From Candidatus Zhuqueibacterota bacterium (GTDB taxonomy: Bacteria > SM23-31): DNA of 64,000 bases. This document shows, piece by piece, positions 31,740 through 42,774 of the stretch. The position numbers and the translations under genes were made by a program. The stretch's first letter is position 1; every line of letters starts with the position of its first letter. The notes below the pieces were generated by a model, which was not told the origin of the DNA, made no database searches, and worked only from the letters and a program-made list of their open reading frames with translations. The DNA lies in assembly GCA_042564455.1 (NCBI GenBank), contig JBHPLC010000001.1:23172-87171 (forward strand), in the 5' to 3' direction.

Positions 31740-31823
31740 GCCAATATATTTTTCCGGGAGCACTGGTTATATTCAGATTATGCTGAAACAAATAGTTTTG
31801 AATAATAATAAAGTGGTGTTCAT

Positions 31824-33380
31824 ATGAAAAAATGGATGTATATCAGGATAAATGCAGTATTCTATATGGCTTTATTTGCCGTATTGCTGCTTGTCGGTTG
31901 TGCGTCTCAGGAACTCGCTCCGATCGTTTATACTGTTTCATTTTCCGCTCCGGAAACACAATACGCGGAAGTAGAGGCTGTCATACCGGTTTCAGATACA
32001 GCGGAGTTTGAACTGATGATGCCGGTATGGTCACCGGGGTATTACCGAGTTGAAAACTACGCACGCCGAATTGAGGATTTTTCCGCCGCAACACTAGACG
32101 GTACAACGCTTAATGTAGAACATCCCAAAGATAACCGATGGCAAATTGGGCAAGTTGAAAGTAAGGAAGTTGTCGTTACCTACCGTCTTCTGTGCAACGG
32201 CCGTTCGGTTACGACCAACTGGATCGGGGAGGATTATGCTGTCTTGAACGGTGCAGCGGCGTTCATTACACTGGCTGAAGAGGATTCCCGCCCGCATGAA
32301 ATCATAATTGAACTCCCGCAAGGGTGGAGTCATGTGATGACCGGGCTTGATGAAGTACCTGACGGAATGCCAAATCATTTCAGGGCTGACGATTACGAAA
32401 TACTTGTCGATTCACCGATCCTTGCAGGTAACCTGACAATCAATGAATTCGAAGTGAACGGTATTCCCCACTATGTCGTTGACGCGGGAGATGTCGGTCA
32501 GTGGGACAGCCGGAGCAATACGGAAGATATTGAGAAGATTGTAGATGAAACAGTTAAGTTCTGGGGAGATATTCCTTATAAGAAATATGTCTTTATGAAC
32601 GTATTCCGACGGGGAGGAGGAGGTCTTGAGCATTCGAATTCCACATTGCTGACGGCAAGTTCCGGACGATCGAGCCTTTCATGGTTAATGTTCGTCAGCC
32701 ATGAGTTCTTTCATACTTACAACGTCAAGAATCTGCGCCCAATAGAGCTTGGCCCGTTCGACTATGAGGATCCTCCGAACACAAGCGGCCTCTGGATAGC
32801 AGAAGGATTTACCTCCTATTACGGCGACCTGATGGTGGTACGCAGCGGGTTGTGCACGATGGAAGAGTATCTGTCGCGTCTATCTTCTGCTATTGGGCGG
32901 CTTCAGAACACCCCCGGACGGCTAGTTCAGACTCTCGAGCGGTCATCGCTTGATGTATGGTCTATCGGAATGATGGGCGGGGACAATGCCACAACAATCA
33001 GCTATTACATTAAGGGTCAGGTCGCAGGATTCCTGCTCGATGCAGAGATACAGCAGGCGACCGGTGGTGAGAAAAGTCTGGACGATGTCATGAGACTTGC
33101 ATACAAGCGATATGGAGGTGAACGCGGATTTACAGCGGATGAATTCCGGGAGACCTGTGAAGAAATTGCCGGTATGGATATGAAGGAGTGGTTCAGGAAG
33201 ACGGTTTCATCAACTGAAGAGCTTGAATATGATGAAGCGCTCGAATGGTTCGGCCTGCGGTTTGCGGGATCAGATGAACAGGATCCTGTTCAGAAATGGA
33301 ATTTTGAAATACGTGAAGCTGCCGCTGAATCGCAGAAAAACAGGATGAAGAAATGGTTAATGAGTAGAGGCAGCCATTAA
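31824..33380 (+). CDS. M61 (glycyl aminopeptidase) family metallopeptidase lipoprotein
   Basis: Lipobox 'LVGCA'. 'SHEFFHTYNVKNLRPIELGPFDYE' and 'LWIAEGFTSYYGDL' are diagnostic of M61. Confidence 0.8.
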   Translation: MKKWMYIRINAVFYMALFAVLLLVGCASQELAPIVYTVSFSAPETQYAEVEAVIPVSDTAEFELMMPVWSPGYYRVENYARRIEDFSAATLDGTTLNVEHPKDNRWQIGQVESKEVVVTYRLLCNGRSVTTNWIGEDYAVLNGAAAFITLAEEDSRPHEIIIELPQGWSHVMTGLDEVPDGMPNHFRADDYEILVDSPILAGNLTINEFEVNGIPHYVVDAGDVGQWDSRSNTEDIEKIVDETVKFWGDIPYKKYVFMNVFRRGGGGLEHSNSTLLTASSGRSSLSWLMFVSHEFFHTYNVKNLRPIELGPFDYEDPPNTSGLWIAEGFTSYYGDLMVVRSGLCTMEEYLSRLSSAIGRLQNTPGRLVQTLERSSLDVWSIGMMGGDNATTISYYIKGQVAGFLLDAEIQQATGGEKSLDDVMRLAYKRYGGERGFTADEFRETCEEIAGMDMKEWFRKTVSSTEELEYDEALEWFGLRFAGSDEQDPVQKWNFEIREAAAESQKNRMKKWLMSRGSH

Positions 33381-33461
33381 GATATTCAAAGATAAAAGCT
33401 GTAAAATAGAGAGGTTAACTTATACAATAATAATTTTAACTATGTAATGGGGATTATTATC

Positions 33462-35312
33462 ATGAAAAAATTTCTAATCTTTTTTGTAGTCACTTTGTTA
33501 TTGAGTGCCTGTGCAAAGGAAGTAGCGGAACAGCTGTCAATGGATTTTGAGGCGAATCCGTTCCCGCTGTCCAGAGTGACACTGTTTGACAGCCCGTTCA
33601 CGGAAGCGATGGAACGTACAAACAGCTACCTGAGTTTTCTCGATGCCGACCGGATGCTGTACACTTTTCGTGAGAACTACGGCCTTCCTACGCTGGATGC
33701 TGAACCGGTACGGGGATGGGATGCACCTGACGGTAAACTGCGGGGTCATTCTATGGGACATTTTATCGTTGCACTTTCACAGGCGTATGCCAGCACCGGG
33801 GATGAGCAGTACAAGGCAAAGGCAGATTATATCGTTGCGGAATTGGCAAAATGCCAGGCACTCGCAGAGGAGCAAGGGTATAAATCCGGTTACCTGAGTG
33901 CATATGGGGAATACCAGTTCGACGAACTCGAGCAGCTGCAGACCTATCCGAATATCTGGGCCCCCTATTATACGCAGCATAAGATCGTATCCGGTATGAT
34001 AGCAGCGTATTACCATACGGGCAATCTTGAGGCCCTGGAGGTCGCTAAAAAAATGGGGGAATGGACGCATGAACGACTGAGTAAAGTCGAGCAGGATCGG
34101 CTTCAGAAGATGTGGGATATCTATATTGCCGGGGAGTTTGGAGGTTCAAATGAAGTGATGGCGGAACTAAGTGCGATAACCGGTGATCCGAAGTATCTTG
34201 CAGCCGCAAAGTTCTTCGATCATGACAAGATATTTATCCCAACTGCGGCAAATGAGAATAAATTGGAAGGGAATCATGTCAACCAGACGATCCCGAAAAT
34301 CACCGGTGCCCTGCGTATTTTTGACCAGACAAAAGAGCAGAAATATTATGATATAGCGGAAAATTTCTGGCATATGGTTACCGGGCATCACATGTATATC
34401 ATCGGCGGTGTCAGTCATGGTGAGATGTTCAGGGAACCGGACGGTATAGGTGAGTACCTGGACGGGAAAACCTGCGAGACCTGCTGTACCTATAACATGC
34501 TGAAACTTACGAAACAGCTTTTCATGCATGATCCTCAGGCGGAGTACATGGACTATTACGAGCGGGGGTTGTACAACCATATTCTCGCATCGCAGGATCC
34601 GCGCTCGGAGCATGGATTTGTGACCTATGGTGTTCCCATGCTGCCAGGCGGCTCTAAAGGGTACAGCAACGATTACAATTCATTTTCCTGCTGTCATGGT
34701 ACAGGAATGGAAAACCATACCAAGTACGGGGAAAGCATCTACTTTCACAATGACGACGTCCTTTGGATAAACCTGTTTATACCTTCCGAACTGGACTGGA
34801 AAGAGGAAGGTATCAGGATCCGCCAGGAAACATCATTTCCGGAAGAGCAAGGGATCACAATATTAATTAAGGGCAGCAGTGATTTTGCACTTAAGATCAG
34901 AAGGCCATTCTGGGCGGAAGAAGGTTTTACCGTGAAAATTAATGGTGAGGAACAGCAGATATCAGCAGAGCCGGGCAGTTACCTTTCTCTTGACAGATCA
35001 TGGAAAAATGGGGATAAAGTTACGGTAGACATGCCGTTTAAGATTCGTGTCGAATACACACCGGACGTACCAGATCTCGGTGGATTCATGTATGGGCCGG
35101 TACTTCTTGGAGCGGAAAATATTAAAGAAATGCTAACCTTGAGGATCAATGGTAATGATCCGGCACGTTCATTCAGACCTGATCCGCGTGATCCGCTGCT
35201 TATGTATTCAAATAATATTTCTTTTAAACCATTTTACGAAATTCACGGCACATCATACGGTGTTTATTTCAAGACCGATACTACATCAGTCCGGGGGCGT
35301 AGAAGAAGATAG
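33462..35312 (+). CDS. DUF1680-family glycoside hydrolase (GH127/GH146-like beta-L-arabinofuranosidase) lipoprotein
   Basis: Lipobox 'LLSAC'. 'KTCETCCTYNMLKL' (Glu-x-Cys) and 'SFSCCHGTGMENH' (Cys-Cys) motifs. Start taken at ATG 33462 (MKKFLIFF). Confidence 0.75.
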   Translation: MKKFLIFFVVTLLLSACAKEVAEQLSMDFEANPFPLSRVTLFDSPFTEAMERTNSYLSFLDADRMLYTFRENYGLPTLDAEPVRGWDAPDGKLRGHSMGHFIVALSQAYASTGDEQYKAKADYIVAELAKCQALAEEQGYKSGYLSAYGEYQFDELEQLQTYPNIWAPYYTQHKIVSGMIAAYYHTGNLEALEVAKKMGEWTHERLSKVEQDRLQKMWDIYIAGEFGGSNEVMAELSAITGDPKYLAAAKFFDHDKIFIPTAANENKLEGNHVNQTIPKITGALRIFDQTKEQKYYDIAENFWHMVTGHHMYIIGGVSHGEMFREPDGIGEYLDGKTCETCCTYNMLKLTKQLFMHDPQAEYMDYYERGLYNHILASQDPRSEHGFVTYGVPMLPGGSKGYSNDYNSFSCCHGTGMENHTKYGESIYFHNDDVLWINLFIPSELDWKEEGIRIRQETSFPEEQGITILIKGSSDFALKIRRPFWAEEGFTVKINGEEQQISAEPGSYLSLDRSWKNGDKVTVDMPFKIRVEYTPDVPDLGGFMYGPVLLGAENIKEMLTLRINGNDPARSFRPDPRDPLLMYSNNISFKPFYEIHGTSYGVYFKTDTTSVRGRRRR

Positions 35313-35406
35313 GGCAAAAATAATTGCACAACATACAAACGGGACAGGAATATAAGCTGATGAAATGTTATAATCTGTAAATTTCTGTTCCAGAACTGGG
35401 GGAGTT

Positions 35407-37926
35407 ATGAAACGACCGGTTTTTTTCTATTCTTTTCTTTGTTTGATTTCAATTGTATTGATAACACCTTTTTCTGCTGCAGCTCAGCAGATCTGGCCGC
35501 ATCCTGTACCGTGCAGGGTACAGGACAGTGTCAATCCGGACCTGTTTATCATGACACTCGGAAATGTCAGCACGTCCCTTGCAGATGGTATGTTCGATCC
35601 GGTGCGGGATGAAGTGCGGTTGAATAACGGGATTGTTCTGAGGAATTACTTTCGGGATTCTCTCAGAGTGGAGTATTATGAGCCCATTGATAAGTCGATC
35701 TTCCCGCTCCCTCCGTCCGGATGGTGCTCGTGGTATTTTTATTACTATGACCTCGATGAAAACGAGGTTATGCTGAATGCACGGTGGATCAACGAAAACC
35801 TCAAAGATTACGGCGCCCTCTATGTACAGATCGACGACGGCTGGCAGAGAGGCGAAACGGTTGGGACACGCGACTGGACGCATCTCCATGATTATTTCAA
35901 GAGTGGAATGGACGTTCTGGCTGACAATATCAAATCGCAGGGTTTGATCCCTGGTATATGGCTGGCACCTCACGGCCAATCGAACGAAACGCTTGTTAAA
36001 AACACTCCGAATGTTTTCATGTTCAGACCGGACGGGACATCTGCTTCCGATACATGGGAGGGTAAATTTCTTGTTGATCCGACAACACCGGAGACTCATC
36101 AGTACTTGACCGACCTGTTTACTAAATTCAGGGAATACGGATATGAATATTACAAGATCGATGGACAGCCGATCGTAGCGAGGGAATACAGAGGAAAACA
36201 GGAATTCATGAAAGATCAATCCGGTGATGGAAACGAGCTGTATCGAAAAACCCTGGAAACTATAAAAGATGCGATAGGGCCTGAAAGTTTCCTGCTCGGG
36301 TGCTGGGGCATCCCCGTTGAAGGTGCCGGGATAATGGACGGATCACGAACAGGAGGCGATGTCGATATCAGCTGGAGCGGATTTATGGGCGCTCTCAGTG
36401 CGACTATGAGATATTATTACCAGCATAATATAATGTGGTATACTGATCCGGATGTCATGCTGCTTCGGTATCCGCTGACAACGGACCAGGCACGGACGTG
36501 GGCTACCCTGCAGGGCCTGACAGGGCAGGGGCTTCTGACCAGCGACCGGCTTCCGGATCTGGGGGAAGAGCGAGTTGAAATGCTGAAATCTGTGTATCCT
36601 GCGGTCGATATACGGCCTCTGGACCTGTTCCCTGCAAGGGGAAATAAACGGATCTGGGATTTAAAGATCAATCATCTGGACCGGAATTATGATGTTGTTG
36701 GTGTTTTTAATTTTGATTCAAATCAAAAGGACCGTATCTATTTATGCTGGAAGGATCTGGGTTTGTCTGAAACCACTCCCATGCATGTTTTTGATTTCTG
36801 GAATAAGGAATATATGGGTGTTTGGGAAGCCGGTATGATCGTAGATCTTGCACCGACAAGCTGCCGTGTATTGTCACTTGTGCCGGATAATGGAGAAATT
36901 CAGGTCGTTTCCACGAACCGCCACATTACTCAGGGATGGGTCGATCTTATATCAATGAATTATGACAAGAACATCACTTCCATGGAAGGTAGAAGCAATA
37001 TTATAAAGAATGATCCTTACGAAATTCGTTTTGCATTCCCGAAGGGACAGAATTTCAGAGTAAGACAAGTAACCGCAAGTACAGCTTTAGGTTCTGTTCC
37101 TGTTTCCTTTACAAATCATCAGTTCTGGGCATCGGTACAGATTACTTCTCCCCAGACAACTGAAGTGACATGGGAAGTAGGCTTTGAACCGGCTGATCAT
37201 TATCATTATGCTGTCAAGGATCCGACAGGACTGCGTGTCCGGCGGGAAGGATTTGAAGGTGCAGAGATCAGCTGGAGCTCACAGTATTATCTCAATGTCG
37301 GGTATCAGGTCTATCTTAACGGTAAACTGTTGGGGTACACTCCGACAACGAGTTTTCCTCTTCGTGGATTGGATCCAAATAAGAGACATGTCGTTGGAGT
37401 AAGGACGGTCTGGGAAGACGGCGCACTCAGCGAAGGTACGGCAGAGCAGGAATTCTCATTGTATGATATGATACCGGCAGAGGTATACCTTACCGACCTG
37501 GAACCAGTGCCTGTAAGTAGCGGCAGAGGAGGTTTTGGGATGGGGCGAGACGTCACAACGGGAACAATTTCAATCGATGGAAATCTTTTCGAACGGGGAA
37601 TAAGAATAGGAGCGAACACAGTGACAGCATTCGATCTGAATGAAATATTTTCCTCTATGGAGGCTCGTTTTGGCGTTGATGATGCAGCAACTGCAGGTGC
37701 TGATACGGTTAACTTTATAATTGTCGGTGACGAGAAAGAACTGTGGCGAAGCGGCACTATGACCAAGTCCGATGGCATACAATCAGTTCAGGTGGATATT
37801 AGAAACGTACGAAGATTAACACTTCAAGTTACCGGAAGCCGGCAGGGCGGACAACGCGGAGGTCAGCGTGGGCGCCAGCGGAGCAGTACCACGGTCAATG
37901 TGGTAGGAGGGAAAGTTATAAAGTAA
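35407..37926 (+). CDS. GH27/GH36-clan alpha-galactosidase-like (or beta-L-arabinopyranosidase-like) enzyme with C-terminal NPCBM-like module
   Basis: 'GWCSWYFYYYDLDE...YVQIDDGWQ', 'YYKIDGQ' (nucleophile context), 'SRTGGDVDISW' and 'YTDPDVMLL'. The C-terminal part ('VYLTDLEPV...ISIDGNLFERGIRIGANT') is NPCBM-like. Confidence 0.7.
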   Translation: MKRPVFFYSFLCLISIVLITPFSAAAQQIWPHPVPCRVQDSVNPDLFIMTLGNVSTSLADGMFDPVRDEVRLNNGIVLRNYFRDSLRVEYYEPIDKSIFPLPPSGWCSWYFYYYDLDENEVMLNARWINENLKDYGALYVQIDDGWQRGETVGTRDWTHLHDYFKSGMDVLADNIKSQGLIPGIWLAPHGQSNETLVKNTPNVFMFRPDGTSASDTWEGKFLVDPTTPETHQYLTDLFTKFREYGYEYYKIDGQPIVAREYRGKQEFMKDQSGDGNELYRKTLETIKDAIGPESFLLGCWGIPVEGAGIMDGSRTGGDVDISWSGFMGALSATMRYYYQHNIMWYTDPDVMLLRYPLTTDQARTWATLQGLTGQGLLTSDRLPDLGEERVEMLKSVYPAVDIRPLDLFPARGNKRIWDLKINHLDRNYDVVGVFNFDSNQKDRIYLCWKDLGLSETTPMHVFDFWNKEYMGVWEAGMIVDLAPTSCRVLSLVPDNGEIQVVSTNRHITQGWVDLISMNYDKNITSMEGRSNIIKNDPYEIRFAFPKGQNFRVRQVTASTALGSVPVSFTNHQFWASVQITSPQTTEVTWEVGFEPADHYHYAVKDPTGLRVRREGFEGAEISWSSQYYLNVGYQVYLNGKLLGYTPTTSFPLRGLDPNKRHVVGVRTVWEDGALSEGTAEQEFSLYDMIPAEVYLTDLEPVPVSSGRGGFGMGRDVTTGTISIDGNLFERGIRIGANTVTAFDLNEIFSSMEARFGVDDAATAGADTVNFIIVGDEKELWRSGTMTKSDGIQSVQVDIRNVRRLTLQVTGSRQGGQRGGQRGRQRSSTTVNVVGGKVIK

Positions 37927-37954
37927 AAGGTAGTGGTACAAATAATCTGAAAGT

Positions 37955-39862
37955 ATGTATTATATGAAAGTTTATAATCAATTTAAGAAAAAACACTCAT
38001 TACATAAATCAGTAATTCGATGTTTACTATATATTGGTACTGCCGTATTATCATTTGTTATTTTACCGGGTACCCATTCCGGTATTAATACTTCAACCGG
38101 CGGTAAAAGCATCTCATGGGGGATAACCACCGTTACCATACAAAATGCAGCTGCATATGATGTGTCGCCGATGCTTGCCTCACTGGCGGGAATCCCTGGA
38201 GAGGAGGAAACGGTATGGAACATATCTGCAACTGGAGAGGCAGACATACCGGCAGCCCCGATTACCTTGCCCTCATCTGAATCAGTGGAACAAACAGAAC
38301 ACGGAACAAAGCTTCCTCCGGAGATCGTAGCGAGTTTCGACGGGCTCGGAGAAGGTTTTGAAGGTCCGCAGGGTACGGCAAGGTTCCGTAATCCGTCCGA
38401 CAACTCGCTTGCGGTAGGGCCGGATCACATCGTCCAGACCGTGAACTCCCGGATGGCGGTCTTCACAAAAAAGGGGGGAAAATACGACACGACCGGACAG
38501 GTGCTCTATGGGCCGGTTCCGACAAATAACGTATTCAGAGGTTTTGGAGATCCCGGTGAGATCAATAACGGAGACGCCGTTGTACGTTATGACCAGCTCG
38601 CTGACAGGTGGCTGATCGTTATGCCTATATTCAGGCGTGTTCCGCCCCGTGAGAACGAACCGGAAGTGCCCCGATCAGGAGAATCTGCACATCTGAGTCA
38701 GGAAGGCGTACCGGGACAACCCGGCCCAGCCGAACAGCTCTTCCAGCCGCCACCGCCAGCCCCGGTTGATGAAGCAGCCGCAGCGGCGGTACGAGGTCAG
38801 AGAAGAACCCGGGGGCAAAGGCAGAGTCCGCAGGGTTCGTACGCAATGTGCTACGCAGTCAGCACGAGCCCTGATCCGCTCGGATCCTATTACCGATACG
38901 AGTTTCTTCGACCGCTGTTTCCCGACTACCCCCGTCCGGCGGTCTGGCCTGACGGTTACTATGTTCCGACCAGCACTGGAGATGATATTATCCAGAAACA
39001 CGCGTATGTGGTAGACCGGAAGAAAATGCTCAGGGGCGAGCCCGCGACCGAGCAGGGATTCATTGTCGACGGTGTGAATTTCCTGAACAACGCTGACCTC
39101 GATGGAAAGCAGCTTCCTCCAACGGGAGCCCCGAACATCATGATGGCTGCCGGTGGGTCGCAATTGAATGAGATTTTGGCAGACAGTGTCATCTATGTCT
39201 GGAAGTTTTTCGTGAACTGGGAAGATCCGTCTAAATCGAGGCTGGAAGGTCCGGAGAATATCCCCGTTGCGCCCTATGAATATCTGGGCGGCGGCCAGTT
39301 AACGAGTACGGTACCGCAGCCGGGAACAGACCGTCGCCTTGATTCACAGGGTGATAAGATCATGGCGCGCCTCGTCTACCGGCGGATCGGCGACCGGGAG
39401 TCGATCGTCGCCGTGCATTCGGTGAACACCTCTGCGGGCGGTGGCGGTGTCCGATGGTATGAATTCCGACTGGATGTAAATCGAGACGTGAAACTCTACC
39501 AGCAGGGTACGTATGCCCCCGGCGGATTTTACCGGTGGATGGCAAGTCCGGCTATTGATGCCATGGGCAACATCGGAATCGGGTATTCTTTCGGTGGAAC
39601 ACCGTATTTTGCCGGACAGCGTTTCGCAGGGAGACACACGGACGATCCACTCGGCATCCTGACACTGCATGAAGCGGTACTCGTTGAAGGTGAAGCAGCG
39701 CAGACTAATACCCTGCGATGGGAGGACTATACACAGACAGCGATAGACCCGGACGATGACCTCACTATCTGGTACGTAGGCGATTACCTCAAGTCAGGCG
39801 CAGCAAATTACTCGACACGTATCGGCGCTTTTCGCCTGACCGGAGGGACACAGCGTCACTGA
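37955..39862 (+). CDS. Hypothetical secreted protein with Pro/Ala/Arg-rich low-complexity insert
   Basis: 635-aa ORF in the GC-rich block with an N-terminal hydrophobic segment. No family recognised. The insert is 'PGQPGPAEQLFQPPPPAPVDEAAAAAVRGQRRTRGQRQ'. Confidence 0.6.
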   Translation: MYYMKVYNQFKKKHSLHKSVIRCLLYIGTAVLSFVILPGTHSGINTSTGGKSISWGITTVTIQNAAAYDVSPMLASLAGIPGEEETVWNISATGEADIPAAPITLPSSESVEQTEHGTKLPPEIVASFDGLGEGFEGPQGTARFRNPSDNSLAVGPDHIVQTVNSRMAVFTKKGGKYDTTGQVLYGPVPTNNVFRGFGDPGEINNGDAVVRYDQLADRWLIVMPIFRRVPPRENEPEVPRSGESAHLSQEGVPGQPGPAEQLFQPPPPAPVDEAAAAAVRGQRRTRGQRQSPQGSYAMCYAVSTSPDPLGSYYRYEFLRPLFPDYPRPAVWPDGYYVPTSTGDDIIQKHAYVVDRKKMLRGEPATEQGFIVDGVNFLNNADLDGKQLPPTGAPNIMMAAGGSQLNEILADSVIYVWKFFVNWEDPSKSRLEGPENIPVAPYEYLGGGQLTSTVPQPGTDRRLDSQGDKIMARLVYRRIGDRESIVAVHSVNTSAGGGGVRWYEFRLDVNRDVKLYQQGTYAPGGFYRWMASPAIDAMGNIGIGYSFGGTPYFAGQRFAGRHTDDPLGILTLHEAVLVEGEAAQTNTLRWEDYTQTAIDPDDDLTIWYVGDYLKSGAANYSTRIGAFRLTGGTQRH

Positions 39863-39954
39863 TAGTTCTGCTAAGCCTGAACAAGATCAATTGTGGAATA
39901 TGAAAAGGTATATAATTCTACATAAATATATTAATAAAACGGAAGGAATATATT

Positions 39955-42702
39955 ATGAATATCCGAAATATATTCACACCGTTATTCATTTTGGTTTTTA
40001 CACTATTCCCGCTTTTTGATTCAATTTCACAGGTACGGTTTAACGAAGATATTCTAAAGGGATTTTCATACCGAAATTTAGGGCCATACAGGTTGGGTGC
40101 CAGGATCTCAGACATTGCTGTGCCTGATTTTCCTTCCGGGGATCATCTATATACTTACTATGTAGGCACATGGTCCGGCGGATTGTGGAAAACAACCAAT
40201 AACGGTACCACATTCGAGCCGCTCTTTGATGAACAGCCTAATCTGAATATCGGAGATGTCGCCCTTGCACCTTCAGATCCCGACGTTGTCTGGGTAGGGA
40301 CAGGGGATGCATTCAATTCACGGACTTCATACAGCGGGGACGGTGTTTACAGATCAACCGATGCAGGAAGTACCTGGGAAAATATGGGATTGAGAGATTC
40401 CCATCATATCGCCAGGATCGTTATCCATCCTGAAAATCCGGACATTGTTTATGCTGCTGCAATGGGGCATCTGTATTCGGACAATGAAGAACGGGGAGTT
40501 TTTAAGACCACTGACGGAGGGAAAACATGGGAAAAATCACTTTATATAAGTGAGAAAGTCGGGGTAACCGACCTCGTAATGAATCAGGATGATCCTGCCA
40601 TTCTTTATGCTGCTGCCTATGAAAAGCAGCGGCTGCCCTGGGTATATGTCAATAACGGTCCCGGAAGCGGTATCTACATGACTGAAGATGCCGGCAATAC
40701 CTGGACAAGACTGGCTGGAGGGCTGCCGGACGGAAAAATAGGCCGTATCGGAATCGATATCTATTTGAGAAATCCGGATATCCTGTATGCGGTTATAGAG
40801 AATGCCAATACGCGTCCGCCAACCGAACAGGAAATTGAACAGGACAGACAACGAGGCCGGGAATCACAGGAAAGAGTTGTCGGAGGAGAGGTATACCGTA
40901 CGGATAATGCCGGAAAATCGTGGACAAAAATGAATTCCGCTGAAGATAACATCGGTTCAAAAAGTCCCTATTATTTTAACCAGCTCAGAATAGATCCCAA
41001 TAACGATCAGAACATTTTTGTAACAGGTGTTTCCCTGAGCAGTTCGACTGATGGCGGTCGTTCGTGGTATGATATTGACTGGCCGCCCAGAAGACTCTTC
41101 TCCAGTATGTTCGGTGATGTCCGGACATTATGGATTGACCCTGAGAACTCCAATCGGATTATCATGGGGAGTGACGGAGGTATATATGTTTCCTATGACG
41201 GCGGAAGGACATGTGATCATCGTGATAATCTGCCGCTCGGAGAATTTTATGCGATAGGTGTTGACATGGAAGATCCCTACAATATTTACGGCGGCATGCA
41301 GGATCATGAAATGTGGAAGAGCCCGAGCAACGGACCAGGCGGGGATATCACTCAGTTTGACTGGACAGCGCTCGGCGGCGGTGACGGTATGTATACTCTC
41401 GTCGATCCTGAAGACAGCCGCTGGCTATACACTACACGCCAGCACGGAAGTCACTATCGTGTCGATCAGAAACTGGGATATCAGGTCAGTATAAGGCCTC
41501 AGCCGGCGGAAGGAAAACCACCTTATCGTTTTATATGGTGTACACCCCTGCATATTTCTCCACATAACAGCCGGATCATATATGCCGGTGCACAGGTTCT
41601 GCTACGTTCTGTTGACCGTGGAGATCACTGGCAGGAGATCAGCCCCGACCTAAGTACTAATGACACGGCTAAAATGATTTCGGGAACACAGGGAGGTATC
41701 CCATGGTTTGCGATTTCGACTATTTCAGAATCACCGATAACTCCCGGGATTATCTGGGTTGGTACCTGCGACGGAAAGGTACATGTCACGAAAAACGGCG
41801 GTACTGAATGGACAAACCTGACCAAAAATATCGCTGCTGAGGGATGTCCGGAAAACTATTATGTCAGCCGGATTTTTGCATCCAATTATAATGAAGGCAC
41901 CGCCTATATAACAAAATCGGGATATGATCGTGATGATTTCGGAACATTCCTGTATAAGACTGAAGATTTTGGTGAGACATGGACTTCGCTGGAAGGGGAT
42001 CTCCCGGAATCACCGGTAAATGTAATTATTGAAGACAGTAAAAATCCCGATCTGCTGTTCCTCGGAAATGATAAAGGAGTTTTTGTTTCTATTGACCGAG
42101 GAAAACACTGGGTGAATATGAATAACCGCATACCGGTTGTTCCTGTTCGTGACCTTATCGTTCATCCCCGGGAGAATGACCTTGTAGTAGCAACATACGG
42201 CAGAGGATTGTTTGTCACCGATGTATCGGTGCTGCAGGGAATGAGCGAAAATGTTCTGGATGAGAAAGTCTATCTCTTCGAAATAGAACCGAAAGCACAG
42301 CGGATAACGCACTCATTTGGGGCAAATGATTATCTCTTCGGGGACAATCATCTCCGGACGCGAAATGAATCCGGCAGCCTTATTATAAATTTTTATCTCA
42401 AAGATGAGTTCACAGATAATGTAAAGATAACCATTACCGATGCTTTCGGGGAAGAGAAAGCTGTTTTTGAAAGGCAGGCGAATGCCGGGATGAACAGTTT
42501 GACATGGAACATGAGATCCCGGACTGTCGGACAGCGCGGCGGAAGAGGTTCGCAACCAAGCGATCCCGCTGCACGTTTGGCACCCCCGGGAGAGTACATA
42601 GTTACTCTGGAAGCAGCAGGTGAGGAATTGACTCGTAGAGCCCGGGTAACAAAAACGACCGGCTGGTCGGTTGGCCCATTTCCGGTAATTATAAGAAAAT
42701 AA
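39955..42702 (+). CDS. Sortilin/VPS10-like BNR-repeat double-propeller protein
   Basis: 915 aa with a signal peptide. 'GGLWKTTNNGTTFEP', 'YRSTDAGSTWENMG' and 'FKTTDGGKTWEK' repeats, plus a C-terminal beta-sandwich ending with an RGG-rich segment. Confidence 0.75.
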   Translation: MNIRNIFTPLFILVFTLFPLFDSISQVRFNEDILKGFSYRNLGPYRLGARISDIAVPDFPSGDHLYTYYVGTWSGGLWKTTNNGTTFEPLFDEQPNLNIGDVALAPSDPDVVWVGTGDAFNSRTSYSGDGVYRSTDAGSTWENMGLRDSHHIARIVIHPENPDIVYAAAMGHLYSDNEERGVFKTTDGGKTWEKSLYISEKVGVTDLVMNQDDPAILYAAAYEKQRLPWVYVNNGPGSGIYMTEDAGNTWTRLAGGLPDGKIGRIGIDIYLRNPDILYAVIENANTRPPTEQEIEQDRQRGRESQERVVGGEVYRTDNAGKSWTKMNSAEDNIGSKSPYYFNQLRIDPNNDQNIFVTGVSLSSSTDGGRSWYDIDWPPRRLFSSMFGDVRTLWIDPENSNRIIMGSDGGIYVSYDGGRTCDHRDNLPLGEFYAIGVDMEDPYNIYGGMQDHEMWKSPSNGPGGDITQFDWTALGGGDGMYTLVDPEDSRWLYTTRQHGSHYRVDQKLGYQVSIRPQPAEGKPPYRFIWCTPLHISPHNSRIIYAGAQVLLRSVDRGDHWQEISPDLSTNDTAKMISGTQGGIPWFAISTISESPITPGIIWVGTCDGKVHVTKNGGTEWTNLTKNIAAEGCPENYYVSRIFASNYNEGTAYITKSGYDRDDFGTFLYKTEDFGETWTSLEGDLPESPVNVIIEDSKNPDLLFLGNDKGVFVSIDRGKHWVNMNNRIPVVPVRDLIVHPRENDLVVATYGRGLFVTDVSVLQGMSENVLDEKVYLFEIEPKAQRITHSFGANDYLFGDNHLRTRNESGSLIINFYLKDEFTDNVKITITDAFGEEKAVFERQANAGMNSLTWNMRSRTVGQRGGRGSQPSDPAARLAPPGEYIVTLEAAGEELTRRARVTKTTGWSVGPFPVIIRK

Positions 42703-42774
42703 AAAGCTGTAAGATTAATTGTCAATAACAGGAAAATTCAGACTTATAATTCATTTTCATAAAAAAATTTAAAT

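Noticed and set aside
30984-31763. 259-aa minus-strand ORF, and similar long antisense ORFs at 35449..36219, 37311..37778, 38675..39163 and 43735..44388
   Set aside because: Each lies fully within a well-supported plus-strand gene in the GC-rich block, where long antisense ORFs arise by chance. The translations are Arg/Pro/His-rich with no motifs.
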